From contig CAVVZC010000001.1 in the NCBI GenBank assembly GCA_963752565.1, positions 44,099 through 108,098 of the forward strand: DNA of 64,000 nucleotides. Reading direction: 5' to 3'. How positions within the stretch are numbered: the first letter of the stretch is position 1; the number at the start of each line of letters is the position of its first letter. This document shows, one piece after another, positions 28,755 through 39,060 of this stretch. The translations under genes were made by a program, and so were the position numbers. A model generated the notes under the pieces. It was not told the DNA's origin. It made no database searches and saw only the letters and a program-made list of their open reading frames with translations. The stretch comes from an uncultured delta proteobacterium. GTDB lineage: Bacteria > Desulfobacterota > Desulfobacteria > Desulfobacterales > UBA11574.

Positions 28755-29303
28755 TTATTTTTTCTTTGAAGCTTTTTTGGAAAAAACGGTGTTGTAGCGC
28801 TGGATCAACCGGTCGGATATATCGATGGTATCCGGAGAATACAGCACGCCTGCCTCCCGTTTTTCGAAAATAATGAGAAACCCTTCTTTTTTTCCCATCT
28901 CCGTTACAATCTCTAGCACCTCTTTCTGGATGTCCCTAACGAGTCTTGCTTCATGTTGCTTAAAATCGGCCATGTATTTGTTTTTCAATGTTTTAAAATC
29001 ATTGATGCTAATTCGTATTTCACGTTCTTTTTGTTCCCGCATCTCTTTGCTCATCACCAGAGCTTCACGTTCAAGTTTCTTCTTTGTCGCATCGATCTCT
29101 TCCCCTTTTTTTTTGAGGCTGCCCTCCATCTCTTTTCCGCGCTTATTGATTTCAGCCATTGCCATTTTTCCGGCATCTGATTTCTCAAGAATTTTTTGAA
29201 AACTAACAACACCAATTTTGGCTACATCCGCCCCATAGGAAGAAGCGCCAAAAAAACAAATAGAAAAAACCATTGTCACAAAAGCTATTTTAAAAATACG
29301 CAT
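28755..29303 (-). CDS. skp: OmpH/Skp periplasmic chaperone
   Basis: Signal peptide MRIFKIAFVTMVFSICFFGASSYGA, then a Lys/Glu-rich coiled region. Sits downstream of bamA. ATG at 29303 has AAGGGGG upstream. Confidence 0.8.
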   Translation of the reverse strand: MRIFKIAFVTMVFSICFFGASSYGADVAKIGVVSFQKILEKSDAGKMAMAEINKRGKEMEGSLKKKGEEIDATKKKLEREALVMSKEMREQKEREIRISINDFKTLKNKYMADFKQHEARLVRDIQKEVLEIVTEMGKKEGFLIIFEKREAGVLYSPDTIDISDRLIQRYNTVFSKKASKKK

Positions 29304-29370
29304 TTTACCCCCTTTAAGAGATCGTTCATTCATTCTTTAAGGTAAAAGGAATAGACGGTGTAAACATTGC

Positions 29371-32016
29371 TCAAAATACCGAACCCATTGAAAATTCCCA
29401 GCGTCCACCACCTTCTTCACCTTCCTTAACGTCAAGTTTGTATCCATATTCAAGCCGGATAGGGCCCATGGGAGAATACCACCTGAATCCGAATCCGGTG
29501 CTATTTCTCAAGGTGCTCAGATCTACACTCTCATCGTCATTAAAAACATTTCCGGCATCATAGAAGATAACACCAACGAGTCCCTGTTTCTTTAACAGAG
29601 GGACAATAAATTCAGCATTAAATTGAATGAATTTGTTTCCGCCGATTTGGTTTCCATCTTCGTCTAAAACAAAAATTTCTCGCCACTCATATCCACGCAC
29701 TGAATTTATACCACCCAAATAAAATCGTTCGTAATCCGGTAGGACACCTCCTGAATTCTCTGTGACGTATCCTGCTTTACCATGTAAGAAACCAACCGTG
29801 TCCATAAGCAGCGGTTTATACCACCCGGTTTCGGCCAGGAGCTTTGTAAAGGCGACATTTCCGCCAAGTCCTGCATATTTCAATGTAGCACTGTGTTTCG
29901 ATCCTTGAGATGGATTAAAACGTCTATTTCTTGAATCGTAGATTATGCTGGTGGATATACTGCTTGTAATATTGTTGCCTTCCAAATCTTTAATCGACTT
30001 TGCAGCAAATTCGGATACGTTTGTTATGTCGGCATCGTCATAATTGTATTTAATACTTGCTCTTACAAAATCATAAACAGGATAGCTGAATCCCAGGCCA
30101 GCTCCGAAGCTTTTCCGGTCATATGTATCATAATCGGTCTTCCAGTTATACAAGTCAACTCCCATTGACAAAGGAATGTCAAACAGCCAGGGTTCCGTAA
30201 AACTCAGTTTATAAAGGTTGCTCCGCGCGCCGATCTGTCCTTCAAGGTTGAGTATCTGCCCGCGCCCAAACAGATTCCTCTGGGAAACGGAGACCGAGCC
30301 AAAAATACTTTCCTGACTGCTGTATCCAGCACCAAATGACATGGTGCCGGTAGGTTTCTCGGTGACATCGATTTTTAAAATCATCTGGTCATCAGCACTC
30401 CCATCGACAGTATTGACCTTTATGTCCTCAAAAAAATCGAGTCGGTAAAGGTTGCGTACGCTCCGTTTTAATTTTCGACCACTATAAAGTTCCTGTTCGT
30501 AGACGCCAAGCTCCCGCCGGATCACCTTATCCCTTGTTTTTGTATTTCCACCAATGATAATATATTCAAAAAAGACCTGTTTGCCCTTTTGAACAACGTA
30601 GGTAATATTAACCTTCAAGTTGTCAAATTCTTTGTCGATACGGGGAGATATGTCGGTATGGGCAAAACCTTCATCAGAATAAAGATCCGTAAGAGCCAGT
30701 ACATCATTTCGGACAACTTCACGATTATAATATGTTTCTCTAGTAATTTTAAGACGTTTTTTCAACTCATCTTTGGGTAATACAAGATCACCTGTTATAT
30801 CTACGTTCCCAACCTTAAATTGAGGGCCTTCATCAATCTTTATGGTGATATTGATCCAGTTTCCCTTGTATTCAATTTGTGGTTCTCCTATTCTGGCCTG
30901 TATATACCCGCTGTTATAATAAAAACCTGACAATTTTGTGATATCCTGATCAATGTCCTCCATCTTTAAATCCCCGGACGAGGTCACCAAAGAAAAGAAA
31001 CCTTTTTCCGAAGTCTTCATCAATTTTTTTAATATCTTGTCGCTATACGCGTTGTTTCCTTCAAATTTTATGGTTTTGATTAAAACTTTTTCGCCCTCAT
31101 CGATATCGAATTCCAGATCAGCCTGATTGTGTTCCAGATGGTGGATATTGTATGTCACTTTTACATTATGATAATTTTTTTCTTTGTAAAGTTCTTCTAT
31201 CCGTCCGATATTTCTTCTAATTTTAAAAGGATTGAGGATCGATCCTGTTTTAATCGTTAAATTTTCCTTAACCTTATCCTCCTTAAACAGCTTATTGCCT
31301 TTAAAACGAATGACTCTTATGGTCGGTTTTTCTTTAACCCTGAAGATGATCTTTTTCCCGTCAGGGGTGTCCTCAGCCTCGATCCTTATGTCATCAAAAT
31401 ATCCCATTGCAAATACAGCTTTCAAATCATCGGAAAGGCTTTTTGAAAGATAGATGTCGCCGGGTTTTGTTTTGATAATCATTTTGATGGCGTCGGATTC
31501 TATCCGTTTGTTGCCGGTAACCACCACACCGGCAACCTTTTCCCGCTTAAAAAGTTTCATTCCGATATCACGGGAAAGCTGTTTCACAACTCCGGATAGA
31601 TTTTCCAAGCCCTGGCCTTCTTTTATAAATATTTGGGGGGGATTCTCTCCCAAGGATGGTACCATTTTTACATCCAGACTGAATTTTTGTCCGATCAAAG
31701 TTAAGCTCCCCCAGACAACATAGTCAGCACCGTTCTTAATTCCAAAATTTCGGATGTCATCGTAACTTTGAGATGTTTTCAACAATGTGAACGCATCAAC
31801 GGCTTTCGGGGTCAAAATATATGCGCCTTCCTCTTTGAGATATGATTTAATAACATTCAGGATTTCTTTCTGTAAAGATGAAAGATCTTTTCTCGCATGA
31901 ATTTCAAAGGGTAAGACAACCACGTTAACACTGTCTATAGAATGGGCTATATTCGGGGAAAATAAGAGCAATGCAATGGTAAGCAGGCTCAGATGTCTAA
32001 ACATGAAATTTTTCAA
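29371..32016 (-). CDS. bamA: Outer membrane protein assembly factor BamA
   Basis: 881 aa with a signal peptide, POTRA-like repeats (VVVTGNKRI..., IRFKGN..., IKFEGN...) and a C-terminal beta-barrel ending ...WEFSMGSVF. Confidence 0.9.
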   Translation of the reverse strand: MKNFMFRHLSLLTIALLLFSPNIAHSIDSVNVVVLPFEIHARKDLSSLQKEILNVIKSYLKEEGAYILTPKAVDAFTLLKTSQSYDDIRNFGIKNGADYVVWGSLTLIGQKFSLDVKMVPSLGENPPQIFIKEGQGLENLSGVVKQLSRDIGMKLFKREKVAGVVVTGNKRIESDAIKMIIKTKPGDIYLSKSLSDDLKAVFAMGYFDDIRIEAEDTPDGKKIIFRVKEKPTIRVIRFKGNKLFKEDKVKENLTIKTGSILNPFKIRRNIGRIEELYKEKNYHNVKVTYNIHHLEHNQADLEFDIDEGEKVLIKTIKFEGNNAYSDKILKKLMKTSEKGFFSLVTSSGDLKMEDIDQDITKLSGFYYNSGYIQARIGEPQIEYKGNWINITIKIDEGPQFKVGNVDITGDLVLPKDELKKRLKITRETYYNREVVRNDVLALTDLYSDEGFAHTDISPRIDKEFDNLKVNITYVVQKGKQVFFEYIIIGGNTKTRDKVIRRELGVYEQELYSGRKLKRSVRNLYRLDFFEDIKVNTVDGSADDQMILKIDVTEKPTGTMSFGAGYSSQESIFGSVSVSQRNLFGRGQILNLEGQIGARSNLYKLSFTEPWLFDIPLSMGVDLYNWKTDYDTYDRKSFGAGLGFSYPVYDFVRASIKYNYDDADITNVSEFAAKSIKDLEGNNITSSISTSIIYDSRNRRFNPSQGSKHSATLKYAGLGGNVAFTKLLAETGWYKPLLMDTVGFLHGKAGYVTENSGGVLPDYERFYLGGINSVRGYEWREIFVLDEDGNQIGGNKFIQFNAEFIVPLLKKQGLVGVIFYDAGNVFNDDESVDLSTLRNSTGFGFRWYSPMGPIRLEYGYKLDVKEGEEGGGRWEFSMGSVF

Positions 32017-32142
32017 TACCTAAATTCTCTATTCCAGACTGTTAGTTTTTTTATATCAATTTTGCCTGTTAATAAATCGATTTAAAGCTGATTCAGATGA
32101 TTGATTTTATAAAGCTTATAAATGAACGATTATTATTAAAGT

Positions 32143-32862
32143 TTATCCTTTTAATTCAATCAGTTGGCCATCCACAATCGTCATACTGCGTGACATGTAG
32201 GATGCAAGTTCCATATTGTGCGTTACCACGATCAAGGTCATGTTGAGTTCTTCGTTTAGCTCCATAAGCAGGTCATGAATATACTCGCTGTTTCTCTTAT
32301 CAAGGTTGCCGGTAGGTTCGTCGGCCAAAAGAATTGCAGGTTTGAGCACCAGACTTCTAGCCAAGGCAATCCGCTGCTGTTCACCTCCTGAAAGCTTAGA
32401 AGCCCTGAAAGTTAGTCTGTCTTTTAAACCGACTCTTACTAACATATCCTCTGCAACTTGCCGGGCTTTATTTTTACTCAGCCCTTTAATCAATGCCGGC
32501 ATCATTGTATTTTCAAGGGTGGAAAATTCAGGAAGCAAATAATGAAACTGGAACACAAATCCTACGGTTTCATTTCGAAATTTCGCCAGTTTCGTTTGAT
32601 TAAGAAGGAAGATGTCGTCATCTTTAAAAAAATAGGTCCCGCTATCAGGACGATCAAGTGCACCCAAAATATGGAGCAGCGTCGACTTACCAATTCCAGA
32701 TGCACCAACAATAGCCAGGGTCTCTCCAGCATACAGATCTATATTTACGCCCTTTAGAATATCAATAGTCGCGCCACTGTTTTCATAACTTTTGAATAGG
32801 TCTCTGACAGACAAAAAACGATCTGAAAGAGATCTTTCATCGCGATTCAGAGAGTTAACCAT
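32143..32862 (-). CDS. lolD: Lipoprotein-releasing ABC transporter ATP-binding protein
   Basis: GASGIGKSTL (Walker A), LSGGEQQRIALARSL and LLADEPTGNLD. Overlaps lolC/E by 8 nt. Confidence 0.85.
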   Translation of the reverse strand: MVNSLNRDERSLSDRFLSVRDLFKSYENSGATIDILKGVNIDLYAGETLAIVGASGIGKSTLLHILGALDRPDSGTYFFKDDDIFLLNQTKLAKFRNETVGFVFQFHYLLPEFSTLENTMMPALIKGLSKNKARQVAEDMLVRVGLKDRLTFRASKLSGGEQQRIALARSLVLKPAILLADEPTGNLDKRNSEYIHDLLMELNEELNMTLIVVTHNMELASYMSRSMTIVDGQLIELKG

Positions 32863-34090
32863 ACCGGATGGCCTCTATTGGATTGAGTTTTGATGCCTGG
32901 CTCGCCGGATAGAGTGTCGCTAAAAAACAGATGACCATTGCTGCAGACGCTATCATAAAAACATCCAGGGCTTCAAGTCGCACCGGCAGGGTTGAAATAT
33001 AATACACATCCCCTGGAAGTTGAATAAATTTGTATTTTTCCAACAACTTACATATTATAAACCCCAGACATACACCGAGCGAAGTTCCCACGGCACCAAT
33101 GATCATGCCCTTGTAAATAAAAATTTTTCTGATGCTGCTGTCCATTGCACCCATAGCCTTTAGTATAGCGATATCCTTGGTTTTTCCCATAACCATCATA
33201 ATCAGCGTACTAGCAATGTTAAAGGCCGCCACTAACACGATCAGTGCCAGAATAATAAACATCACCGTCTTTTCCAGCTTAAGTGCCGAAAAGAGATTGT
33301 GATTCATTTGCATCCAGTCTCTGGCCCAATAAGGAAACCCTAGTTCTGAAACAATCTTTTTTGCTACATTTCTTGCGTCATAAATATCATCGACACGCAC
33401 TTCGATTCCGGTGACAGAGCCTTTCATATTTAAAATCTTTTGTGCGTCTTTCAGGTTGATATAAGCTAAAGATCCATCATATTCGTACATACCTGATTCA
33501 AAAAGTCCCACGACCTCGAAACGCTTCATGGCTGGAAGGTATCCTATGGGAGAAATCATACCTCTGGATGATATCAGATAGACCGCATCGCCCTTTAGGA
33601 CACCTAAATTTCTAGCAAGCTCTTTGCCGAGAATGATCCCAGGAACAAAGGTTTTTGAGTTCCCCTGTCGCTGAATCTGCTTCAAATTCTGCAAAATAGA
33701 ATTTTTCAAAATTTTTATGACACTGCCGGCGGATTCCGGATCAATACCTCTTAAAACAGCACCTGAAACTCCGGTTGATGATCGAAGCATAATCTGAGAA
33801 TATATAAATGGCGTAGCTGCTTCCACCCCGTGGAGCTCATTGATTTTTTTCGATATCTTTTTATATGCGGAAAAAGAACCATCGTGGCGCATCAGTACAA
33901 TATGTGATTCAACCCCGAGTATACGCTGTTTAAGATCAGACTCAAAGCCAGCCATGACAGCAATCACGACGATCAGGGCCATGACGCCGACAGTAACGCC
34001 GGCGACGGAAAGTATGGTAATCAATGAAATGAACGTCTCTTTCTGCTTGGCCCTGAGATAACGGCCACCTATGAAATACTCAAAAGACAT
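32855..34090 (-). CDS. lolC: Lipoprotein-releasing system permease LolC/LolE
   Basis: MSFEYFIGGRYLRAKQKETFIS..., MacB-like periplasmic domain plus FtsX C-terminal TM bundle. Confidence 0.85.
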   Translation of the reverse strand: MSFEYFIGGRYLRAKQKETFISLITILSVAGVTVGVMALIVVIAVMAGFESDLKQRILGVESHIVLMRHDGSFSAYKKISKKINELHGVEAATPFIYSQIMLRSSTGVSGAVLRGIDPESAGSVIKILKNSILQNLKQIQRQGNSKTFVPGIILGKELARNLGVLKGDAVYLISSRGMISPIGYLPAMKRFEVVGLFESGMYEYDGSLAYINLKDAQKILNMKGSVTGIEVRVDDIYDARNVAKKIVSELGFPYWARDWMQMNHNLFSALKLEKTVMFIILALIVLVAAFNIASTLIMMVMGKTKDIAILKAMGAMDSSIRKIFIYKGMIIGAVGTSLGVCLGFIICKLLEKYKFIQLPGDVYYISTLPVRLEALDVFMIASAAMVICFLATLYPASQASKLNPIEAIRYG

Positions 34091-34402
34091 ATTAAAAGGT
34101 CATGGGTTTTAGATTATGGGTTTTAGGTTCTTAAATGTGATTTTTGTGTTTTTTATGGCAAAAAATTATCTAAATTCATTGAGTGTGAAGTACCTAAAGT
34201 GATTTAAAATGCCTATTTATCCCGTATTCATCGAGTAAGTTAAGGTATTTTTTCAATTTTATTTAATATAATTTGCCGGAACGTAGCGACGCCTTGACTT
34301 TAGATCACCTTTTACTTTAGATCACTTGTAACTTTTCCGGTTTATCCGGGTTGGGTCATGGTTTATAGATTTATGATTTTTTAATCCATACCCCATTCCC
34401 AA

Positions 34403-35893
34403 TTACTGCTTGCCGCTTTCAATTGGTTTCATGTGTGGAAAAAGAATAACTTCTCTAATGGAAGCGGCATCAGCAAGAAGCATGACCAATCGATCTATCC
34501 CTATTCCTTCTCCAGCAGTGGGAGGCATTCCATACTCCAACGCTTCAATATAATCTTTGTCCATATAGTGAGCCTCTTTATCACCTGCTTCCCTGTCAGC
34601 AGTTTGTTGCAAAAATCGCTTTTCTTGGTCATCGGGATCATTGAGTTCCGAAAATCCATTTGCGATTTCATGGCCTGCTATAAAAAGCTCAAATCGATCT
34701 GTAAGATTGGAATCCGCCTCACTCTTTCTGGAAAGGGGAGAAACTTCAACCGGATATCCGGTAATAAATGTAGGCTGCAAAAGTTTCGGTTCCACCAGAA
34801 TATCAAACAGTTTTGTTATAATCTTTCCTTTGCGACCTGTTTTTGTTATTTTAATTTTTTTTATCGCAGCCAATTCAAGCAGTCCTTCTCGATCGTTTAG
34901 CAGGCTGGGATTTATACCTCCGTATTCTTCTAAAGCAGACGCAAGGGACATTCTACGCCACTTTGCACCCAAATCAATAGCAGCTCCTTGATATGATATT
35001 GTTGTCGAACCGACGACGTCCAAAGCGACATAACGAAACATTTCCTCGGTAAGATCCATCATGTGCTCATATGTCGCGTAGGCCTGATAAAATTCGAGCA
35101 TGGTAAATTCCGGATTGTGCCGCGCAGAGACTCCTTCATTCCTGAAATTTCTGTTGATTTCGAAAACCCTTTCAAATCCACCAACAACCAGACGTTTTAG
35201 ATACAATTCAGGCGCTATTCGTAAAAACAGGTCTATGCCCAAAGCATTATGGTGCGTTATAAATGGAGTCGCCTCCGCTCCTCCCGGAATAGGCTGCATC
35301 ATCGGCGTTTCCACCTCAAGAAAATCGCGGTCCAAAAGGAATGTGCGTATAGCCTGAATGATTTTGCTCCGTTTTTCAAAAATATCTCGTACATTTGAAT
35401 TCATTATTAAATCAATATAACGACGACGATACCGTTTTTCAGGATCCTTGAGCCCATGAAATTTTTCCGGTAAGGGTCGAGTTGATTTACAGACAAGACT
35501 CAATTCATTGGTGAGAAGCGTCCACTCACCTGTTTTGGTTTTGAACATTCCACCTTTCAAACCAACGAAATCCCCAATATCCATCTGCTTAAAAAGACTA
35601 TAAGATTGGTTTCCTATTTTGTCTTTTCTCACATACGCCTGAAGCTGTCCCGTACGGTCCCTAAACCTCATAAAGGCGGTTTTCCCAAACCGGTTTACAG
35701 CCATGATGCGGCCGGCAACAATAAAAACAGGATCATCCTGTGTAAGAGAATCTGGTGAATTTTCTATGACCTTCATAATATCTCGGACAGTATGTAAAAC
35801 TTCAAAATCGTTTGGAAAAAGATTAATATTGTTATTTTTTAAGTCTTCGAGCTTCTTTTTTCTATCCTCTATGATTGCGCTCTTTTTATCCAT
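34403..35893 (-). CDS. lysS: Lysine--tRNA ligase (class II)
   Basis: FLEVETPMMQ, FRNEGVSARHNPEFTMLEFY and GGIGIDRLVMLL-like GIGIDRLVMLLAD. Confidence 0.92.
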   Translation of the reverse strand: MDKKSAIIEDRKKKLEDLKNNNINLFPNDFEVLHTVRDIMKVIENSPDSLTQDDPVFIVAGRIMAVNRFGKTAFMRFRDRTGQLQAYVRKDKIGNQSYSLFKQMDIGDFVGLKGGMFKTKTGEWTLLTNELSLVCKSTRPLPEKFHGLKDPEKRYRRRYIDLIMNSNVRDIFEKRSKIIQAIRTFLLDRDFLEVETPMMQPIPGGAEATPFITHHNALGIDLFLRIAPELYLKRLVVGGFERVFEINRNFRNEGVSARHNPEFTMLEFYQAYATYEHMMDLTEEMFRYVALDVVGSTTISYQGAAIDLGAKWRRMSLASALEEYGGINPSLLNDREGLLELAAIKKIKITKTGRKGKIITKLFDILVEPKLLQPTFITGYPVEVSPLSRKSEADSNLTDRFELFIAGHEIANGFSELNDPDDQEKRFLQQTADREAGDKEAHYMDKDYIEALEYGMPPTAGEGIGIDRLVMLLADAASIREVILFPHMKPIESGKQ

Positions 35894-36251
35894 ATGATTT
35901 TACCTAAGTTGAGCGGTTGCTAAAGATGCCGCAGATTCAAAACAAAGCGCATGAAGCTATCATATACTATCGCAAATGCGCTTCAACACAGATCTAAGAT
36001 TCCCGTCTCTGGCAGGGGAGATGCGACGAGATCGGCGATCCTGAAGGGTTTCAAATTCAAATAGTGATAATTATTACTGGAACAAATCTGTTCCCAATGG
36101 GTTAGCCTTAACAATAATTTATTGGCAATGCCTTTTATAAACTAACATTATCAATACATCAGAATCAACTCATCAGAGTTCGAATAGAAAAAGACACTTT
36201 GTCGAACGATTAAACGTCGTTTGGTAACCTATTTGTATATAAGTGTCAAGG

Positions 36252-37562
36252 TTAAGTTGGTATATCTATCCGATTTAATTTCCAAGTAAATCTCGTCCCC
36301 TTACCGACCTCACTCTCAACTTCAAGCCAGCTATTATAGGATTCAAGGATTCTGTGAACGATGGAAAGTCCAAGCCCGGTACCGCTTGATTTTGTTGTGA
36401 AAAAGGGATCAAAAATTGATTGTATGAGTCTTTTTGTCATTCCACAACCCGTGTCATTAACTTCGATACATGCATAGTTATGCTTCAAAGGATATGTTTT
36501 AACCTTAATAAGGCCTTCACCCTCAATAGCCTCGGCTGCATTTAGAATAATATTCCACATGACTTGGCGCAGGTGAACAGGGTCCATTTCAATCCAGATA
36601 TTGGGGGAAAAATCGCTCGTAATCGAAACTCTGTGGCTGGTATCTTGATTTTTTTCAAAAAGTTTGATGGTTTCTGCCAAAGCGTTTTCAAGATCTACTC
36701 TCTCGATTTTACCGGTCGGTGGTTTTGCGAACAAAAGAAAATTATTCACAAGGGTATTTAACCTGTCTGTCTCACGCAGCACGATCTGCATCAGCTTATC
36801 ATGTTCGGGATCATAGGGAATATCTTTTCTTAAAATCTGGATGGACCCCGCCAGTGACGCCAGGGGATTCTTGATTTCATGGGTCATGCCGGCCGCCATT
36901 TCACCCAGGTAAGCCATCTTTTCCACACGTTCTACACGTTCTTCCATGACTGAAAGCTCTTTTTTTGTCCTCCTCAGCTGCTCTGACAGTAAACCGCTTA
37001 AAAAAGCAACTGCAAAACAAGCCGCCATGGTGATCACAACCTTAAAAAACACAAGGTTCCAGGCATAGTTGCCAATTGAACTGCTCTCTTTTAAAAAATA
37101 AGGATCAATAATACCGTAATATTCCAGGTTGATCAGAATACCGTACTGGATACTGCAAAAAGCAGCCATGATCATACTCCCTTTTCTAAAAATGATCATG
37201 CTCGAATAGATAATGACAACCAGATATAGAAAAGAAAAAATACTTGTGAAACTGCCGGTAATAAAAATGACTAATGTTACTAAAAACGTATCGATTCCGA
37301 TTTGGATATAGGGAAAAAGTAACCTGATTTTTTCAGTACGAAAAATAAAGGCGTAGTAAATTGAAAGCAGAAATATGATGACGATAAGACCATGAAGAAC
37401 AATGAAAGATTTGTCCGGGGGAAAAGAATTTTCTTTTAAGTGGACAACAATTGTTGAACCCAGCAATAATGCAGCAAAAAGGATTCTAAATGACATAAGC
37501 CATTTGAGCTTATGATATAAATCTTCTTCAGGCGTTATTGAAGAACTGCTCATAATGTTCAA
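36252..37562 (-). CDS. Membrane sensor histidine kinase (PilS-like by context)
   Basis: Multi-TM N-terminus, H-box MTHEIKNPLASL, and N/G boxes NAAEAI and DTGCGM...GTGLGLSIV. Lies directly downstream of pilC. Confidence 0.75.
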   Translation of the reverse strand: MNIMSSSSITPEEDLYHKLKWLMSFRILFAALLLGSTIVVHLKENSFPPDKSFIVLHGLIVIIFLLSIYYAFIFRTEKIRLLFPYIQIGIDTFLVTLVIFITGSFTSIFSFLYLVVIIYSSMIIFRKGSMIMAAFCSIQYGILINLEYYGIIDPYFLKESSSIGNYAWNLVFFKVVITMAACFAVAFLSGLLSEQLRRTKKELSVMEERVERVEKMAYLGEMAAGMTHEIKNPLASLAGSIQILRKDIPYDPEHDKLMQIVLRETDRLNTLVNNFLLFAKPPTGKIERVDLENALAETIKLFEKNQDTSHRVSITSDFSPNIWIEMDPVHLRQVMWNIILNAAEAIEGEGLIKVKTYPLKHNYACIEVNDTGCGMTKRLIQSIFDPFFTTKSSGTGLGLSIVHRILESYNSWLEVESEVGKGTRFTWKLNRIDIPT

Positions 37563-37580
37563 TAGGGGCCTTATGATTTA

Positions 37581-38789
37581 TCAACCCAACGCCGATGCCA
37601 TTTTGAAAATAGGCAAATACATAGCCACTACCAACCCGCCGATAACCACACCCAAAAATACAATCATAAACGGCTCTATCAATGAAGTCAGGTTTTCCAC
37701 TGCCTGATCGACTTCCTCTTCATAAAATTCAGCAATTTTTGTTAGCATTGCATCAAGGGCGCCGGTGGATTCGCCGACAGCAATCATCTGGCAAACCATT
37801 GACGGAAAGACTCCGCTTTCAGCAAGCGGATCTGACATTGTTCGCCCCTCTGCAATGGCAGACCGGGTATCAAACACAGCTTTTTCAATGGTTTTGTTAC
37901 CTGCTGTTTTGGCAACAATTTCAAGCGCATCTAAAATCGCAACCCCGCTGGAGAGCATTGTCCCGGTGGTTCGTGTAAATTTGGCAACAGCGGCTTTCCG
38001 AATCAAATCCCCGAATAACGGCACTTTTAACAAAAGGTCATCCATTAAGATTTTTCCTTTTTCGGTTCTATAAAAACGCCGCATTGCGTATATGAATATT
38101 ATTGTTGCGCCGATAATATAAAAAATATTGGATTTAACAGCCCTGCTCATATTAACGACAATTTGGGTGGCCACCGGTAGCGCACTTCCCATACCAGAAA
38201 ACATTTCCTCAAATACGGGAATAACAAAAACCATGATAATAGCTACGACGACGATGGCGATAACAATCGTTACTAAAGGATACGTCATGCCGCCTTTTAT
38301 TTTGGCTTTAAGCTTTGCAGCTTTCTCCAGGTACGATGACAGCCTTCTCAAAATCATATCCAATATACCGCCGGCTTCCCCGGCTGAAATCATATTTACA
38401 AAAAGATCATCGAATTGTTTGGGGTACTTTCTCAATGCTTCTGCAAGGGTTTGTCCGCTTTCAACATTCGCTTTAACGTCTTTGAGCATCTTTTTAAACG
38501 TTTTGTTGTCATTCTGGGCATAAAGAATATCAAGGCATTGGATGATAGGTAGTCCAGCATCGATCATGGTCGAAAATTGCCGGCAAAAAATTATGATATC
38601 TGACCCTTTCACTTTAGGCTGCATAAAAGAGACATTTTCAAAAAGATCCTTTGGCTTCTTTTTAATTTTGGCAGAGGTTATTTTTCGTCTGGCAAGTTCC
38701 GAACGGACAGCATCTTCAGATGGTGCTTCCATTTCGCCTTTTTTGTTCTTATTCTGTCGATCCTTCCCTTTCCATAAAAAAACCGGCAT
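37581..38789 (-). CDS. pilC: Type IV pilus assembly platform protein PilC (GspF family)
   Basis: 402 aa with two T2SS-F repeats (FCRQFSTMIDAGLPI..., FTRTTGTMLSSGVAI...). Confidence 0.85.
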   Translation of the reverse strand: MPVFLWKGKDRQNKNKKGEMEAPSEDAVRSELARRKITSAKIKKKPKDLFENVSFMQPKVKGSDIIIFCRQFSTMIDAGLPIIQCLDILYAQNDNKTFKKMLKDVKANVESGQTLAEALRKYPKQFDDLFVNMISAGEAGGILDMILRRLSSYLEKAAKLKAKIKGGMTYPLVTIVIAIVVVAIIMVFVIPVFEEMFSGMGSALPVATQIVVNMSRAVKSNIFYIIGATIIFIYAMRRFYRTEKGKILMDDLLLKVPLFGDLIRKAAVAKFTRTTGTMLSSGVAILDALEIVAKTAGNKTIEKAVFDTRSAIAEGRTMSDPLAESGVFPSMVCQMIAVGESTGALDAMLTKIAEFYEEEVDQAVENLTSLIEPFMIVFLGVVIGGLVVAMYLPIFKMASALG

Positions 38790-39060
38790 GATTATTCCTC
38801 CTTATATTGGAGACAACACAGGTTGAGAATATGTGGTCTAAATAGTATCATAATCCAATTCAAACAACAACAGATTTGCAGAATTTATTACTAAATAGGG
38901 TATTATACAGCTTGATAAACCCATCCATATGGCATATATTTAATATTCGATATTTTATAACGAAAACTTTAAATCAATTGTAAAAAAGTTTATGTCGTTC
39001 AGAGTATCTTTATCGTTAACCTCACAATATGATAGAGTAAAGGCCTAAAAAGGCGTCATC

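Noticed and set aside
35894-36251. Possible structured RNA (lysine riboswitch, RNase P, tmRNA) in the 358-nt lysS upstream spacer
   Set aside because: None of the hallmark conserved boxes I know for these RNAs are present, and I cannot support a call without a covariance search.
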